A stretch of DNA of 64,000 nucleotides from Chrysomallon squamiferum (GCA_012295275.1 CM022678.1:13082001-13146000), one strand, 5' to 3'; shown: positions 1-13,053, counted from the first letter of the stretch. The notes: a model not told the origin generated them from the letters alone. A program made the numbers and translations.

Positions 1-232
1 CTAGGACACAACTGTCTGTCTGTTGATGATTGAGTTTTAATTGAGATATTTGTATCAACCAAAATAATTCATGTGTTCTGAATGAACTGCAGTGTGTTAT
101 ACTTGAATTAGTATAAAATATTAAAACATTTAGTTATACGCAGCTTGCCACACTCAACAAAGAAGTCGAAAAAAATTAATCAATGTTTGTTCTTCGCGAT
201 AAACGGAAATCCGGTGTGAATTATTTAACCTA

Positions 233-246
233 CCGCTAGGGGGCGC
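233..246 (+). promoter_or_regulatory. CTCF-like motif CCGCTAGGGGGCGC
   Basis: Near-perfect match to the CTCF core CCASYAGRKGGCRS in an AT-rich background; function inferred from the motif only. Confidence 0.5.
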
Positions 247-676
247 TTTCGTTTTCGTAACAAAATGTTTACTGATCTCTGAACTGAAGTTCAGATAATG
301 GATAATAATAAACGCGTTGTGTTTTAAGTTGTATAGTTATATATAATATTTATTCTATTTTACTTGTAAACAGCGCATGAAAACTACAGAACAGGGTCAA
401 GAGCTACAGAATCAGGTTTTGAGTGAACACGAATTAAAACAACAATTATTTATAAGTTTGAATGAACGTCACCCCAGCACAAAATATATATTTACAATAA
501 CAATGGCATTGTCATCATCATAATTATTAATTTCGTCTTTTCCTTCATCATCTATGATTATAATGGTCATTATGATAACTGTTATGATAATCACCTTTCT
601 AGAATTAATATTATCAACCTTCTATATCTTAAGTTGTCTTTATTTTCTTCTCTTAAATTAATATTTCGTTATATTT

Positions 677-678
<2 letters not shown>

Positions 679-769
<91 letters not shown>

Positions 770-780
770 GTGTGTGTGTG
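679..780. repeat. (TC)n followed by (TG)n microsatellite
   Basis: Directly visible dinucleotide tracts. Confidence 0.97.
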
Positions 781-1024
781 TTTCTCTTTATATCTATTTA
801 TCGGTCATTGTTTTGCTTAATGTTACTTATTTATTTATATACTTACTTATTTACTTACTATTTATTTGTTGCCTTAGTATTCATATTATAAAATTAACTG
901 TGAAGTGTTTTATAACTTTTACTTGTGAATCAGTTCACTATTTTCTTTTACATTTTTCCTTTTCTCATTTCACGTGAGTAAAACAAACCTAGTACATTTG
1001 AAATATTCGAAGTGAATGACAAGG

Positions 1025-1207
1025 GGGACATGACGTCAGAGCACCTTTATTTTGAGTCAACACGACCCAGACTGAACAGAGTACACGACAAAACACAAAC
1101 GACTTGAGACTTGCACTCTGTCATAATCTATAGTCCCAGAGTAAACATGGCCGGATATCACAGAATGGGGTAACGTAACCTAACGTGTATCTGGGATTCC
1201 GGTAAGC
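1025..1207 (+). promoter_or_regulatory. Putative promoter / first exon with splice donor
   Basis: Perfect CRE TGACGTCA 1031-1038, YY1/Kozak-like AAACATGGCCG near 1143, donor-like CG|GTAAGC at 1201/1202. Confidence 0.3.
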
Positions 1208-1684
1208 GTCTGTTGAGAAAAGTCTAGTGGACCAGTTCTCTCCCAGTGACGTCTGTCATTTATTAATTACAGTGAATACGTCGTGAAAATGAACTTTGAT
1301 TTGCAGATTTTAGAATGATTAATTGGAGTTTATCAGTTTATCGTAGACGATTTCGTCCTAGATGGAGTTTCGGTGTTGACAATTTACTTAACCTAGTTTA
1401 AACTGATTTATTTGACTTGAACACTGTAATTGACAGAACGCCAGTTTCGATAAAGAGAATGAATAAATGAATGAACGAAAGAATCAACTAATGATTGAAT
1501 AAGACATCTTCTGCCTCATTCTTTAATATCTTTTTATAAATGGTTCTTCCGTATCACAGTTTTCGTATACTGATCATACAAGGAAAGATTTCCACGTAAC
1601 GTTTATAGATTAGCAGTAAGAAAACTTCTATAATAGCCTTTCCACAAACAGGATAAAAGGTATTAAAGTGTTTGAAAAGCACTC

Positions 1685-4600
1685 GTGTTTGCCGTTGTTT
1701 GCTACGTAGACGTTTTATTGCTTACTTTGTTCGCTCTTTTACTTACTTCTCTAATGACGTGTTTGCCGTTGTTTGCTACGTAGACGTTTTATTGCTTACT
1801 TTGTTCGCTCTTTTACTTACTTCTCTAATGACGTGTTTGCCGTTGTTTGCTACGTAGACGTTTTATTGCTTACTTTGTTCGCTCTTTTTTACTTCTCTAA
1901 TGACGTGTTTGCCGTTTGTTTGCTACGTAGACGTTTTATTGCTTACTTTGTTCGCTCTTTTACTTACTTCTCTAATGACGTGTTTGCCGTTGTTTGCTAC
2001 GTAGACGTTTTATTGCTTACTTTGTTCGCTCTTTTACTTACTTCTCTAATGACGTGGTTGCAGTTGTTTGCTACGTAGACGTTTTATTGCTTACTTTGTT
2101 CGCTCTTTTACTTACTTCTCTAATGACGTGGTTGCAGTTGTTTGCTACGTAGACGTTTTATTGCTTACTTTGTTCGCTCTTTTACTTACTTCTCTAATGA
2201 CGTGTTTGCCGTTGTTTGCTACGTAGACGTTTTATTGCTTACTTTGTTCGCTCTTTTACTTACTTCTCTAATGACGTGTTTGCCGTTGTTTGCTACGTAG
2301 ACGTTTTATTGCTTACTTTGTTCGCTCTTTTACTTACTTCTCTAATGACGTGTTTGCCGTTGTTTGCTACGTAGACGTTTTATTGCTTACTTTGTTCGCT
2401 CTTTTACTTACTTCTCTAATGACGTGTTTGCCGTTGTTTGCTACGTAGACGTTTTATTGCTTACTTTGTTCGCTCTTTTACTTACTTCTCTAATGACGTG
2501 TTTGCCGTTGTTTGCTACGTAGACGTTTTATTGCTTACTTTGTTCGCTCTTTTACTTACTTCTCTAATGACGTGTTTGCCGTTGTTTGCTACGTAGACGT
2601 TTTATTTTACTTTGTTCGCTCTCTTTTTACTTACTTCTCTAATGACGTGTTTGCCGTTGTTTGCTACGTAGACGTTTTATTGCTTACTTTGACTTTACTT
2701 ACTTTTAATGACGTGTTTGCCGTTGTTTGCTACGTAGACGTTTTATTGCTTACTTTGTTCGCTCTTTTACTTACTTCTCTAATGACGTGTTTGCCGTTGT
2801 TTGCTACGTAGACGTTTTATTGCTTACTTTGTTCGCTCTTTTACTTACTTCTCTAATGACGTGTTTGCCGTTGTTTGCTACGTAGACGTTTATTGCTTAC
2901 TTTGTTCGCTCTTTTACTTACTTCTCTAATGACGTGTTTGCCGTTGTTTTGCTACGTAGACGTTTTATTGCTTACTTTGTTCGCTCTTTTACTTACTTCT
3001 CTAATGACGTGGTTGCAGTTGTTTGCTACGTAGACGTTTTATTGCTTACTTTGTTCGCTCTTTTACTTACTTCTCTAATGACGTGGTTGCAGTTGTTTGC
3101 TACGTAGACGTTTTATTGCTTACTTTGTTCGCTCTTTTACTTACTTCTCTAATGACGTGTTTGCCGTTGTTTGCTACGTAGACGTTTTATTGCTTACTTT
3201 GTTCGCTCTTTTACTTACTTCTCTAATGACGTTTGCCGTTGTTTGCTACGTAGACGTTTTATTGCTTTACTTTGTTCGCTCTTTTAGTTGTTAATGACGT
3301 GTTTGCCGTTGTTTGCTACGTAGACGTTTTATTTTTACTTTGTTCGCTCTTTTTTACTTCTCTAATGACGTGTTTGCCGTTGTTTTAGACGTTTTATTGC
3401 TTACTTTGTTCGCTCTTTTACTTACTTCTCTAATGACGTGGTTGCAGTTGTTTTACGTAGACGTTTTTTTTTTACTTTGTTCGCTCTTTTACTTACTTTC
3501 TAATGACGTGGTTGCAGTTGTTTGTTACGTAGACGTTTTATTGCTTACTTTGTTCGCTCTTTTACTTACTTCTCTAATGACGTGGTTGCAGTTGTTTTTG
3601 CTACGTAGACGTTTTATTGCTTACTTTGTTCGCTCTTTTACTTACTTCTCTAATGACGTGGTTGCAGTTGTTTGTTACGTAGACGTTTTATTGCTTACTT
3701 TGTTTCTTTTACTTACTTCTCTAATGACGTGGTTGCAGTTGTTTGCTACGTAGACGTTTTATTGCTTTACTTTGTTCGCTCTTTTTACTTACTTCTCTAA
3801 TGACGTGGTTGCAGTTGTTTGCTACGTAGACGTTTTATTGCTTACTTTGTTCGCTCTTTTACTTACTTCTCTAATGACGTGGTTGCAGTTGTTTTACGTA
3901 GACGTTTTATTGCTTACTTTGTTCGCTCTTTTACTTTCTAATGACGTGGTTGCAAAACGTAGACGTTTTATTGCTTACTTTGTTCGCTCTTTTTTTACTT
4001 CTCTAATGACGTGGTTGCAGTTGTTTGTTTACGTAGACGTTTTATTGCTTACTTTGTTCGCTCTTTTACTTACTTCTCTAATGACGTGGTTGCAGTTGTT
4101 TGCTACGTAGACGTTTTATTGCTTACTTTGTTCGCTCTTTTACTTACTTCTCTAATGACGTGGTTGCAGTTGTTTGCTACGTAGACGTTTTATTGCTTAC
4201 TTCTCTATACGTGGTTGCAGTTGTTTGCTACGTAGACGTTTTATTGCTTACTTTGTTCGCTCTTTTACTTACTTCTCTAATGACGTGGTTGCAGTTGTTT
4301 GCTACGTAGACGTTTTATTGCTTACTTTGTTCGCTCTTTTTACTTCTCTAATGACGTGGTTGCAGTTGTTTGCTACGTAGACGTTTTATTGCTTACTTTG
4401 TTCGCTCTTTTACTTACTTCTCTAATGACGTGGTTGCAGTTGTTTGCTACGTAGACGTTTTATTGCTTACTTTGTTCGCTCTTTTACTTACTTCTCTAAT
4501 GACGTGGTTGCAGTTGTTTGCTACGTAGACGTTTTATTGCTTACTTTGTTCGCTCTTTTACTTACTTCTCTAATGACGTGGTTGCAGTTGTTTGCTACGT

Positions 4601-4953
4601 AGACGTTTTATTGCTTACTTTGTTCGCTCTTTTACTTACTTCTCTAATGACGTGGTTGCAGTTGTTTGCTACGTAGACGTTTTATTGCTTACTTTGTTCG
4701 CTCTTTTACTTACTTCTCTAATGACGTGGTTGCAGTTGTTTTCTACGTAGACGTTTTATTGCTTACTTCTCTAATGACGTGGTTGCAGTTGTTTGCTACG
4801 TAGACGTTTTATTGCTTACTTCTCTAATGACGTGGTTGCAGTTGTTTGCTACGTAGACGTTTTATTGCTTACTTCTCTAATGACGTGGTTGCAGTTGTTT
4901 GCTACGTAGACGTTTTATTACTTACTTCTCTAATGACGTGGTTGCAGTTGTTT
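1685..4953. repeat. 74-bp minisatellite, ~44 copies, two sequence variants, last units shortened to 53 bp
   Basis: Unit GTGTTTGCCGTTGTTTGCTACGTAGACGTTTTATTGCTTACTTTGTTCGCTCTTTTACTTACTTCTCTAATGAC recurs at 1685 and 1759 (period 74); variant starting GTGGTTGCAG dominates the 3' half; period 53 at 4779/4832. Confidence 0.98.
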
Positions 4954-5862
4954 TCTTCGTTACGTGACAAATTTAGTTTTTTCTTATTTCATTTTTACTT
5001 TTTATTTTATTATAAGTTTTTTTTTTTTTTTTAATTGTTTTTTTTTATTTTTTTATTATTATTATTAATTTTTTTTTTTATATTCTGTTCTTTTCTATTA
5101 TTAAGTTTTTCATGTTGCTTTAAACTTTATCTCGATGTCTAACTGCCTGGTTGTCATATTATGTTTAACTGTCTGGTTGCCTAGTAACCCTGTTACCTAG
5201 TTACCTATTGCATGATTCTTTTTATCTAATCAATTATTTCCTTATGAACTTTCCTTTATCCATTTTGGTATATAATATATATTTTTTAATACAGTGCGTA
5301 TGTGAATCTCAAAGAAAACAGTCATGAATTTAAATAAAAAATAGTTTTAAAAAGATAAAAAGATAATAAAAATAATAAGTAAATAATAAAAGATGACGCA
5401 TTTAAGTCATCGGTTTCATGAACAGATTTTGGTGCAGTTAAATACTAACCTTCTGTGCATACTTGCAGCGAAAAAAGAAAAAAAGAAAAAGAAACAAAAA
5501 ATATTAGAAAATGAAAAAAAAAAGAAATGTACGAATTTTTCTATATTTTATTTTATCTATATCACAGTTTTTGACAATGAGATAATCAGTTATTTAGTTT
5601 ATCCAAGATATGTATGTATGACTGTAAGTGTTTATATTTTTGTATGTGTGTATGTATATGTTTGTATGGATATCTGGATGCGTACATGTATGTAGCTAGG
5701 CAGGTAAGTAGAAAGATACTTAATGGACAGACAACGGATAGGATTTAAACACGTGTATCGACAGACAGATGTGTGTGTGTAGTCGTCCTAAGAAACCAAA
5801 CGGTGATCTGGATATATAAATATCGACATTAAGCTTAGACTGGAATAACGTCATATAGTCAA

Positions 5863-5899
<37 letters not shown>

Positions 5900-6151
5900 T
5901 GATATTTATTAACGGAAACAAACGATGACATATTACATCATTGATAGCGGGGAAAAATAAAACTGCTTATTACGTATTTATAGGAAATGTGCTAATATGT
6001 ATGAGATTACGTCATAGTACATTAGATTTACGTAAAACGATAGAAGAGAGAAATCTCATTATATATTACCACCTGTAACAGTATTCTAGAACTAAATGAA
6101 CAAATAATAATCACGTAAATGGATATGAGGTAAGCTGTCTCGCATTTCTTT

Positions 6152-6153
<2 letters not shown>

Positions 6154-6201
<48 letters not shown>

Positions 6202-6203
6202 TT

Positions 6204-6241
<38 letters not shown>
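6154..6241. repeat. (AAT)n/(GAT)n compound trinucleotide microsatellite
   Basis: Directly visible. Confidence 0.95.
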
Positions 6242-6245
<4 letters not shown>

Positions 6246-6687
6246 ATGAAGCAGTAATAGGAATAGTCGTATTAATAATCGTCATCGTCGTAATAGAAGT
6301 TGTCTTGGTGATAATAATAAATTCCATATAAAAGAAAATAAATCTTGGTTTTCCTTCTTATTCTTCTTCTGTGTTCCTAAACTCAAGCTGACTCTCAGTT
6401 TCTCCTCACACTCGGGTCTGTTTGTCTGGACAGGGTGCCAGGTGCGACCCTGCTCGGTTTTCTTGAAAGAGTCTCTCTGCTGCACACAACCAGCACGTTA
6501 CGTCTTCGAGTGAATTCTTGACATGTTTCTTGTCTTTAGTCTCCGTGACTGGCTGCTTTTCAGTTCCATCAGATCGTGGCACCCTAAGGGACTTTTTGAA
6601 ATTTTATTTTCAGAATTTCCTTCTTCAAGACACACTGTCTGGCGAGGATTCACGTCCTTTATATTTATATTTATATACATATATATG

Positions 6688-6818
<131 letters not shown>

Positions 6819-7228
6819 TTAGACTAGAGTTTAAAAGAAATATGTGCTGGTGTATGTAAGTTGATTGCAAGACATAAAAGCTAGAACTGGTGGTAGTTAG
6901 ATTCCCGTCCTGACAGTTTACAGACGTGGGACAGTTAATCTTATTCTAACTGCTGACTCTAATCTTTCATCGTTACAGAACACTGTACCCAGATAATATA
7001 AATACGTTTACGTAGGTTTAACACACTGATTCGTCTGACTGTAATTGTGTCTTGAAGAAAACCTCTCAAATGACAGCTACGAGCAAAGAGTGAAATAATA
7101 TGATAATTTATCTACTGGTTTGGATTTGGTGATAAAAAATGAAAGTTACATTCACACTGGATAGAACTGAGGTACACTCGTTCTACTATTCACCAAACAT
7201 CATCTTTTATTTATTTTCTATAAATGGC

Positions 7229-7812
7229 GCTGAAGTATAGAATGTTATCGACATACATGTACTAATGCAGGTATATAGATGGCTGAAGTATAGAATGTTA
7301 TCGACATACATGTACTAATGCAGGTATATAGATGGCTGAAGTATAGAATGTTATCGACATACATGTTTTAATGCAGGTAAGTAGATGGCTGAAGTATAGA
7401 ATGTTATCGACATACATGTACTAATGCAGGTATATAGATGGCTGAAGTATAGAATGTTATCGACATACATGTACTAATGCAGGTATATAGATGGCTGAAG
7501 TATAGAATGTTATCGACATACATGTACTAATGCAGGTATATAGATGGCTGAAGTATAGAATGTTATCGACATACATGTACTAATGCAGGTATATAGATGG
7601 CTGAAGTATAGAATGTTAACGACATACATGTACTAATGCAGGTAAGTAGATGGCTGAAGTATAGAATGTTATCGACATACATGTACTAATGCAGGTAAGT
7701 AGATGGCTGAAGTATAGAATGTTATCGACATACATGTACTAATGCAGGTATATAGATGGCTGAAGTATAGAATGTTATCGACATACATGTACTAATGCAG
7801 GTAAGTAGATGG
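7229..7812. repeat. 53-bp minisatellite, ~11 copies
   Basis: Unit GCTGAAGTATAGAATGTTATCGACATACATGTACTAATGCAGGTATATAGATG (variant GGTAAGTAG); TGAAG at 7231 and 7284. Confidence 0.97.
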
Positions 7813-7909
7813 CGCTGGTCTATGTTCTTGAGGATTACTTCTCTGCGTCTACATCTCTTGTTTTGTTTAGTTTTCCATCTAGAGACAACACATTGTTCTG
7901 CTACAGCTA

Positions 7910-7923
7910 GCAGTAGATGGCGC
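7910..7923 (+). promoter_or_regulatory. CTCF-like motif GCAGTAGATGGCGC
   Basis: Matches the CTCF core AGATGGCGC; a second similar motif lies at 7802-7815. Confidence 0.4.
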
Positions 7924-8394
7924 TGAATCTGTACTCGACAACCTATTTTACAAGACGTCTACTTCCGGTGAATCTATTTTCGTTAAGTACTTTTTTTCTC
8001 GAGTTTTCACAACGTTGACAAAATTCTCAAGGCCAACGAAACAAAAGTGGAAGATTTCTGAATGAGCGTCTTTCAGAACACAAAACAATTCACGCTGTTT
8101 TTATTTTTCCAATAACAGACTCGAGAAGAATCAAATATTTCTTTCGCAATTTGACTTGTTTTCACTACAGAGACATGGGAAGGCAATTTGTGTCAACACT
8201 GTCTGTGGGAACTGAATCAATATAGATCTCGATACACAAACTTTTATCTGAATTAATTACCAATAACATTCAGCTAAGACATGTTAAATATACATGCAGT
8301 AACTGGTATCTTTTGTACGTTATGTATATATGTTTGAATGTATGTATGTATATCCATACACACATACATACACATACATACATACATACATACA

Positions 8395-8428
<34 letters not shown>

Positions 8429-8460
8429 CATACATACATACATATATATACATATATATA

Positions 8461-8589
8461 CAGTGGTGGTACCTTGACTTACGAGTTTAATTCGTTCCGT
8501 GACCGAGCTCATAACTCAATTTGCTTGTATATCAAATCACTGAAATGAATTGAAATACTATTAATCCGTTCCAGCCTCCCCAAAACAAT

Positions 8590-8623
<34 letters not shown>

Positions 8624-9006
8624 TAACGTGTTTTTAAATAAGAAAAATCTATTTATAAATGTCAAATATTGTATTGAAACAAAATAAAAGAGAATGTAAA
8701 GAAATAAACTGGTTTTGTAAAGTGTATTTATCTTGGAGATCATACAAATTATTTTAACGCCTTTGGCTGGTTTACAGCCTTTATCGAATCCTTCTACGCT
8801 CGTACTGACTGGCCAAGTCGACTACGTGCACATCACTCTCATAGTTTTCTATGATTTCATGCTTTAGTTCACTGGACGTCATCCGCTTCTTCTCAGCAGC
8901 GTCCTTTGCTCACTTTCTTACACTCGATGGTCACAAAAAGGAAAGTTGGCAAAATATAGCACAACACCCGAACACAATACAACACGTAAGTGGAGGTAAC
9001 ACTTTG
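8461..9006 (-). mobile_element. Internally deleted Tigger/pogo-family (Tc1/mariner superfamily) DNA transposon
   Basis: Left end TA|CAGTGG(TGG)TACCTTGACTTACG and right end CGTAAGTGGAGGTAACACTTTG|TA are degenerate inverted repeats with TA flanks; the interior carries a transposase N-terminal remnant. Confidence 0.85.
8744..8929 (-). pseudogene. Frameshifted Tigger-type (TIGD1/CENP-B-like HTH) transposase N-terminal fragment
   Basis: Minus strand reads KKVS/AKDAAEKKRMTSSELKHEIIENYESDVHVVDLASQYER, then after a deletion and frameshifts KDSIKAV/PAKGVKII. This resembles the Tigger transposase pattern KRMxxIELKHEIIEKHERGVRVVDLARQY...KESIKAxxPAKGVKII (recognised from family knowledge, not a search). 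Confidence 0.8.
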
Positions 9007-9025
9007 TATATATGTATGTATATGT

Positions 9026-9065
<40 letters not shown>

Positions 9066-9971
9066 GTACATTTGTATTTATATATGTAAGTAAACGCATG
9101 TATAGTATATGTGTATGTCTATGTGTTTGTGTGTACCTATGCATTTGTGTAAATGTGTGTGTGTGTGTGTTAGACAGAGAGATACACGGACTGTTATGTG
9201 GACTGGTAGATGGAAGGAGATGATACATTATAGACATTTTGATAGACTGATACACAGACAAAAATAATTAAAGTTGAACTAACTCAACCTCATACACAAA
9301 CCAGATGACGTAAATTTAATTTGGGAACATAGAATATAACTAACAACAGACATGTAAGAAATTAGTGTTTTATGTGATAACGTCGCTAGCCCATTATCGT
9401 CATATTAAAATAAGCACGTGTGATACAGAATGTTTCTACACAGAGAGATGCAGTAATGGACGTGATAATGCTGATTTAATATGCTATTATCAGATCATTA
9501 TCGCATACCTTCGGAATAACATACTTATAACTGAATACAGATACATATACATATATTATTTCAGTGATTTACTTTTTTATTATTATTTTTGTTTTTTGTT
9601 GTTTTTTTTTCATTTGCAGTTTGTGCTAAAGAAATATCTAGAAAAGGAGATGATAACGTTAGTAGAGATTAATTAAGTTTATTTTTGATTTCTTTACAAT
9701 TGGTTACAGAGTCAAACTGGGATGTTTTCCAGCTCTGTATTCTTCTGTGTGTATTTCTCATTTGATTTATGTACCTGTGAAACAGAAGGATTGTGTGCCT
9801 ATTTTTAAATCTGTCTCAAACTGTTTATCTGTCTGCCTGTCTGTACACAGTTATATTGTCTATTAACACTGAAATGACTAACCTTTACTCAGATATTCCT
9901 GTTTCAGTATATACTTACCTCTGACAAACAGGAAAACGGCTTGTCGTTATAACTCAGGCAAGTTTGAAAGT

Positions 9972-10102
<131 letters not shown>

Positions 10103-10220
10103 ATAGTTTGTACACAACACAATGTAATGCCGCTAAGTAATGCTCTATAAATATGTATTAGTAAACGGGAAAATAAATATCTACGTCCGGTCTTTTGTAA
10201 GACATTACAACTGAATGTTC

Positions 10221-10415
10221 GTCATAGGGGGCGCTTCAATTCAGACTACTCCAAGTAACACAATTAGACGTAACGTGACGACCCTCTAAGTCGGAAATAA
10301 ATACAAAGCATTCAGCGGAAACAGTAGATGGCGCTTTAAACAATGTTTGAGTGTCTCATTTCACAGGTTTAATTGCGTCAGATCCCGATTCGCTGTTTGT
10401 AAAAGACGACATGGC
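10221..10415. promoter_or_regulatory. Regulatory island with two forward CTCF-like motifs 100 bp apart
   Basis: GTCATAGGGGGCGC 10221-10234, ACAGTAGATGGCGC 10321-10334, plus ETS-like CGGAAA and CRE-like half sites. Confidence 0.4.
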
Positions 10416-10667
10416 TGAGGGGTTCTTTTTAATCGCAAGTTTTTGATTTATAAAAAGGTCTCACAACAGGTTTTTTTCTTACTAAATCAATAAACTATTT
10501 GAAATGTTCTACCACTGAGCTAAGTGACTACAGTCCCGAAATAATGATTTTTGTTAATTATGAATACATTTTACTTTAATGTAATTTATTTACTGTTTCA
10601 GTTCTCTCATATGTCACACCAGTATTGATCATATTTGGAGAAAAGACTTAGATTTTACCATAATTTA

Positions 10668-10687
10668 TACATACACATGTATACATG

Positions 10688-10721
<34 letters not shown>

Positions 10722-11290
10722 TGTATGTATGTATGTATGTATGTTGGTATACATATTTATATGTATGTATGTATGAATGTATGTATGTGTGTGTATGTAT
10801 GTATGTTTGTATGTATGTGTGTGTATGTATGTATGTTTGTATATATGTATGTATGTATGCATGCATGCCTATATGTATGTATGTATGTATGTATGCATGC
10901 ATGTATGTATGTATGTATGTTTGTATGTATGTTTGTATGTATGTATGTATGTATGTATGTGTGTATGTATGTGTGTGTATGTATGTATGTTTGTATACAT
11001 ATATGTATATATGAATAGATATATATATATAAGTATGTATGCATGCATGCATGCCTATATGTATATAAGTATGTATGCATGCATGCATGCCTATATGTAT
11101 GTATGTATATTTGTATGTATATATGTGTGTATGTATGTGTGTATGTATGTATCTATCTATCTAACAAGCTATATCAATGTATATATATGTATGTATATAT
11201 ATATATATATATGTATATAATGTATGTATGTGTATTATATATATATATATATATATACATACATACATACACATACACACACACATACAC
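10668..11290. repeat. Degenerate (TATG)n/(TA)n microsatellite field
   Basis: Directly visible; source of the many MYVC/HTYI ORFs. Confidence 0.95.
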
Positions 11291-11599
11291 TAATAGTAAT
11301 AATAACAACATTAACAACTATAATAATCACAATAATAATCATACTCATTTACTGGCAATTACTTATTTTATGTAACTAAAATTATTTATTTATTTCAATT
11401 TCGGTTCCTTGGAGAGGTTTGATTTGTTCTGCTTTTAAAGCTGTAGTGATTAGCTGTTATTTTATTATTTATTTATATTGTAGACTTCTTTCTTTTTATT
11501 TCTTTTTGATTTTTTTCATTAATCTTCTTTTTTTATTTATTTATTGATTTATTTATTGATTTTTTTGTTGAGTACATTTTCGGAGGCGTAGTGTGTAAT

Positions 11600-11836
11600 G
11601 TTTGCCTCAGGCGCCAAACCTGCCGTTCAGTTAAATATTAATTTTAATAGCGTCACAACAAGTACGTTCATCTGAACGTGACGACTAGATCACGTGACTG
11701 CTAGTCTTTTATAGCCATTATCTAAGTGAGTTCCTGGCACGCTCTGTTTGGCGCGCTTTAACTAGTTAATCTCTGACTTTAATAATTAAAAAAACAGATA
11801 AGTGTACCACACTGAACTTCTTAACTGTCTTTTTAT

Positions 11837-11872
<36 letters not shown>

Positions 11873-11940
11873 CTGTCACATTTAAATCTCTGAACGCGGA
11901 CCAGTTAATAAAAAAATGGCGGATAGTCACATGACCTGTA
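11600..11940. promoter_or_regulatory. Promoter/enhancer-like island (E2F, E-box, YY1 motifs)
   Basis: GGCGCCAAA 11610-11618, TCACGTGAC 11690-11698, TTTGGCGCG 11747-11755, AAAATGGCGG 11913-11922, GTCACATGAC 11926-11935. Confidence 0.4.
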
Positions 11941-12636
11941 GCGTGACAGGTTCTGAACGGTTCTTTCGCTGCACAGAGGGAATTTAATACTGGTAATAAT
12001 CGCTGAATAAAGTTATCTTTGGCTTAATCTGACATCATCACGGGACGGACGGGCAAAACTTCGAACGTCTGCTACTGAGGTGTGGGTCTTGGTTTTTCCA
12101 CGGTGGCTATTTGTCCGGTGTCAGGACTGCTGATGTTATCAGCTGTAAACACGACGCTGCGATGTCGTGACTGTAAGAGATGACTGTGGGAGTGAATGAC
12201 ACTTGTCGTGGTGTCGATGGCTGCAGGGTCGAGTCTCACAGACAGATAATTAGTTTTACGTTACGTGTCATTCGCTTCGTGGATCTTTTCATTAACTCGT
12301 AAAACAGCTGTCCTGGTTTTATCAGCAGACTAAACTTTAGAGTAAATCTAAGACAGCTATGGAGTTATCACAGACATGCAATCGTCTCAGATTTGTGAAA
12401 TAATGTTTACATTTTTTTTTAAACAGTTCAAGCTCACGATATATTTTCCCGTTCCAGACATTGTTCATATATATATAAACATCAATTTGAAACACGTACA
12501 ATAAAACAATTCTCTCAAACTGTAAAAGTCAAATATAACTTAGAACTACAAAGAGTAACAAAGGAAAATATTGGATCGAACCCCAAGAAGAACCTGTTAT
12601 ACAATTATCTACACACATTGTACTTTAACCTTTCAG

Positions 12637-12744
12637 CATTACCCGAGTACCTCTGACAAACTAAGACTAAACCATTACCCGAGTACCTCTGACAAACTAA
12701 GACTAAACCATTACCCGAGTACCTCTGACAAACTAAGACTAAAC
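12637..12744. repeat. 36-bp tandem repeat x3 (perfect)
   Basis: CATTACCCGAGTACCTCTGACAAACTAAGACTAAAC x3. Confidence 0.97.
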
Positions 12745-13053
12745 CTAAGAATGCCGCTTATTTTAGAAGCCAATAAATCTCAGTTCGGAAGCCAGAGCGG
12801 ATCTTACAAAACACTGGCGACCAAACAAAGAGTCTTCGTCTTGTAAACCTCCTCACAGTGTCCTATTTTGAGAACATTTTCTACCAACGACTAAATTTAT
12901 ATCCTAATAAAGTGTGGGTCAACACAGACGCTATAAGTAATACAACATAAATAATAATAGGTAAACAGCTTCATAAGTTTTAAATAAACGACGTATAAAC
13001 AATTTTTTTTACATATGTATGTGTATGATAAAGAGAGTAAGCAGTTTAACAGT

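Noticed and set aside
1672-5034. Series of ORFs MLRRRFIAYFVRSF...
   Set aside because: Translations of the 74-bp satellite; the unit is not a multiple of 3 and frames are broken repeatedly
9911-9920. ATACTTACCT matching the U1 snRNA 5' end
   Set aside because: Only the complement of a splice donor; the rest of U1 is absent
12040-12240. GC-richer segment with a ~45-codon open minus frame (AIDTTTSVIHSHS...KPRPTPQ*)
   Set aside because: No homology recognised and a poor pyrimidine tract; cannot be supported as an exon
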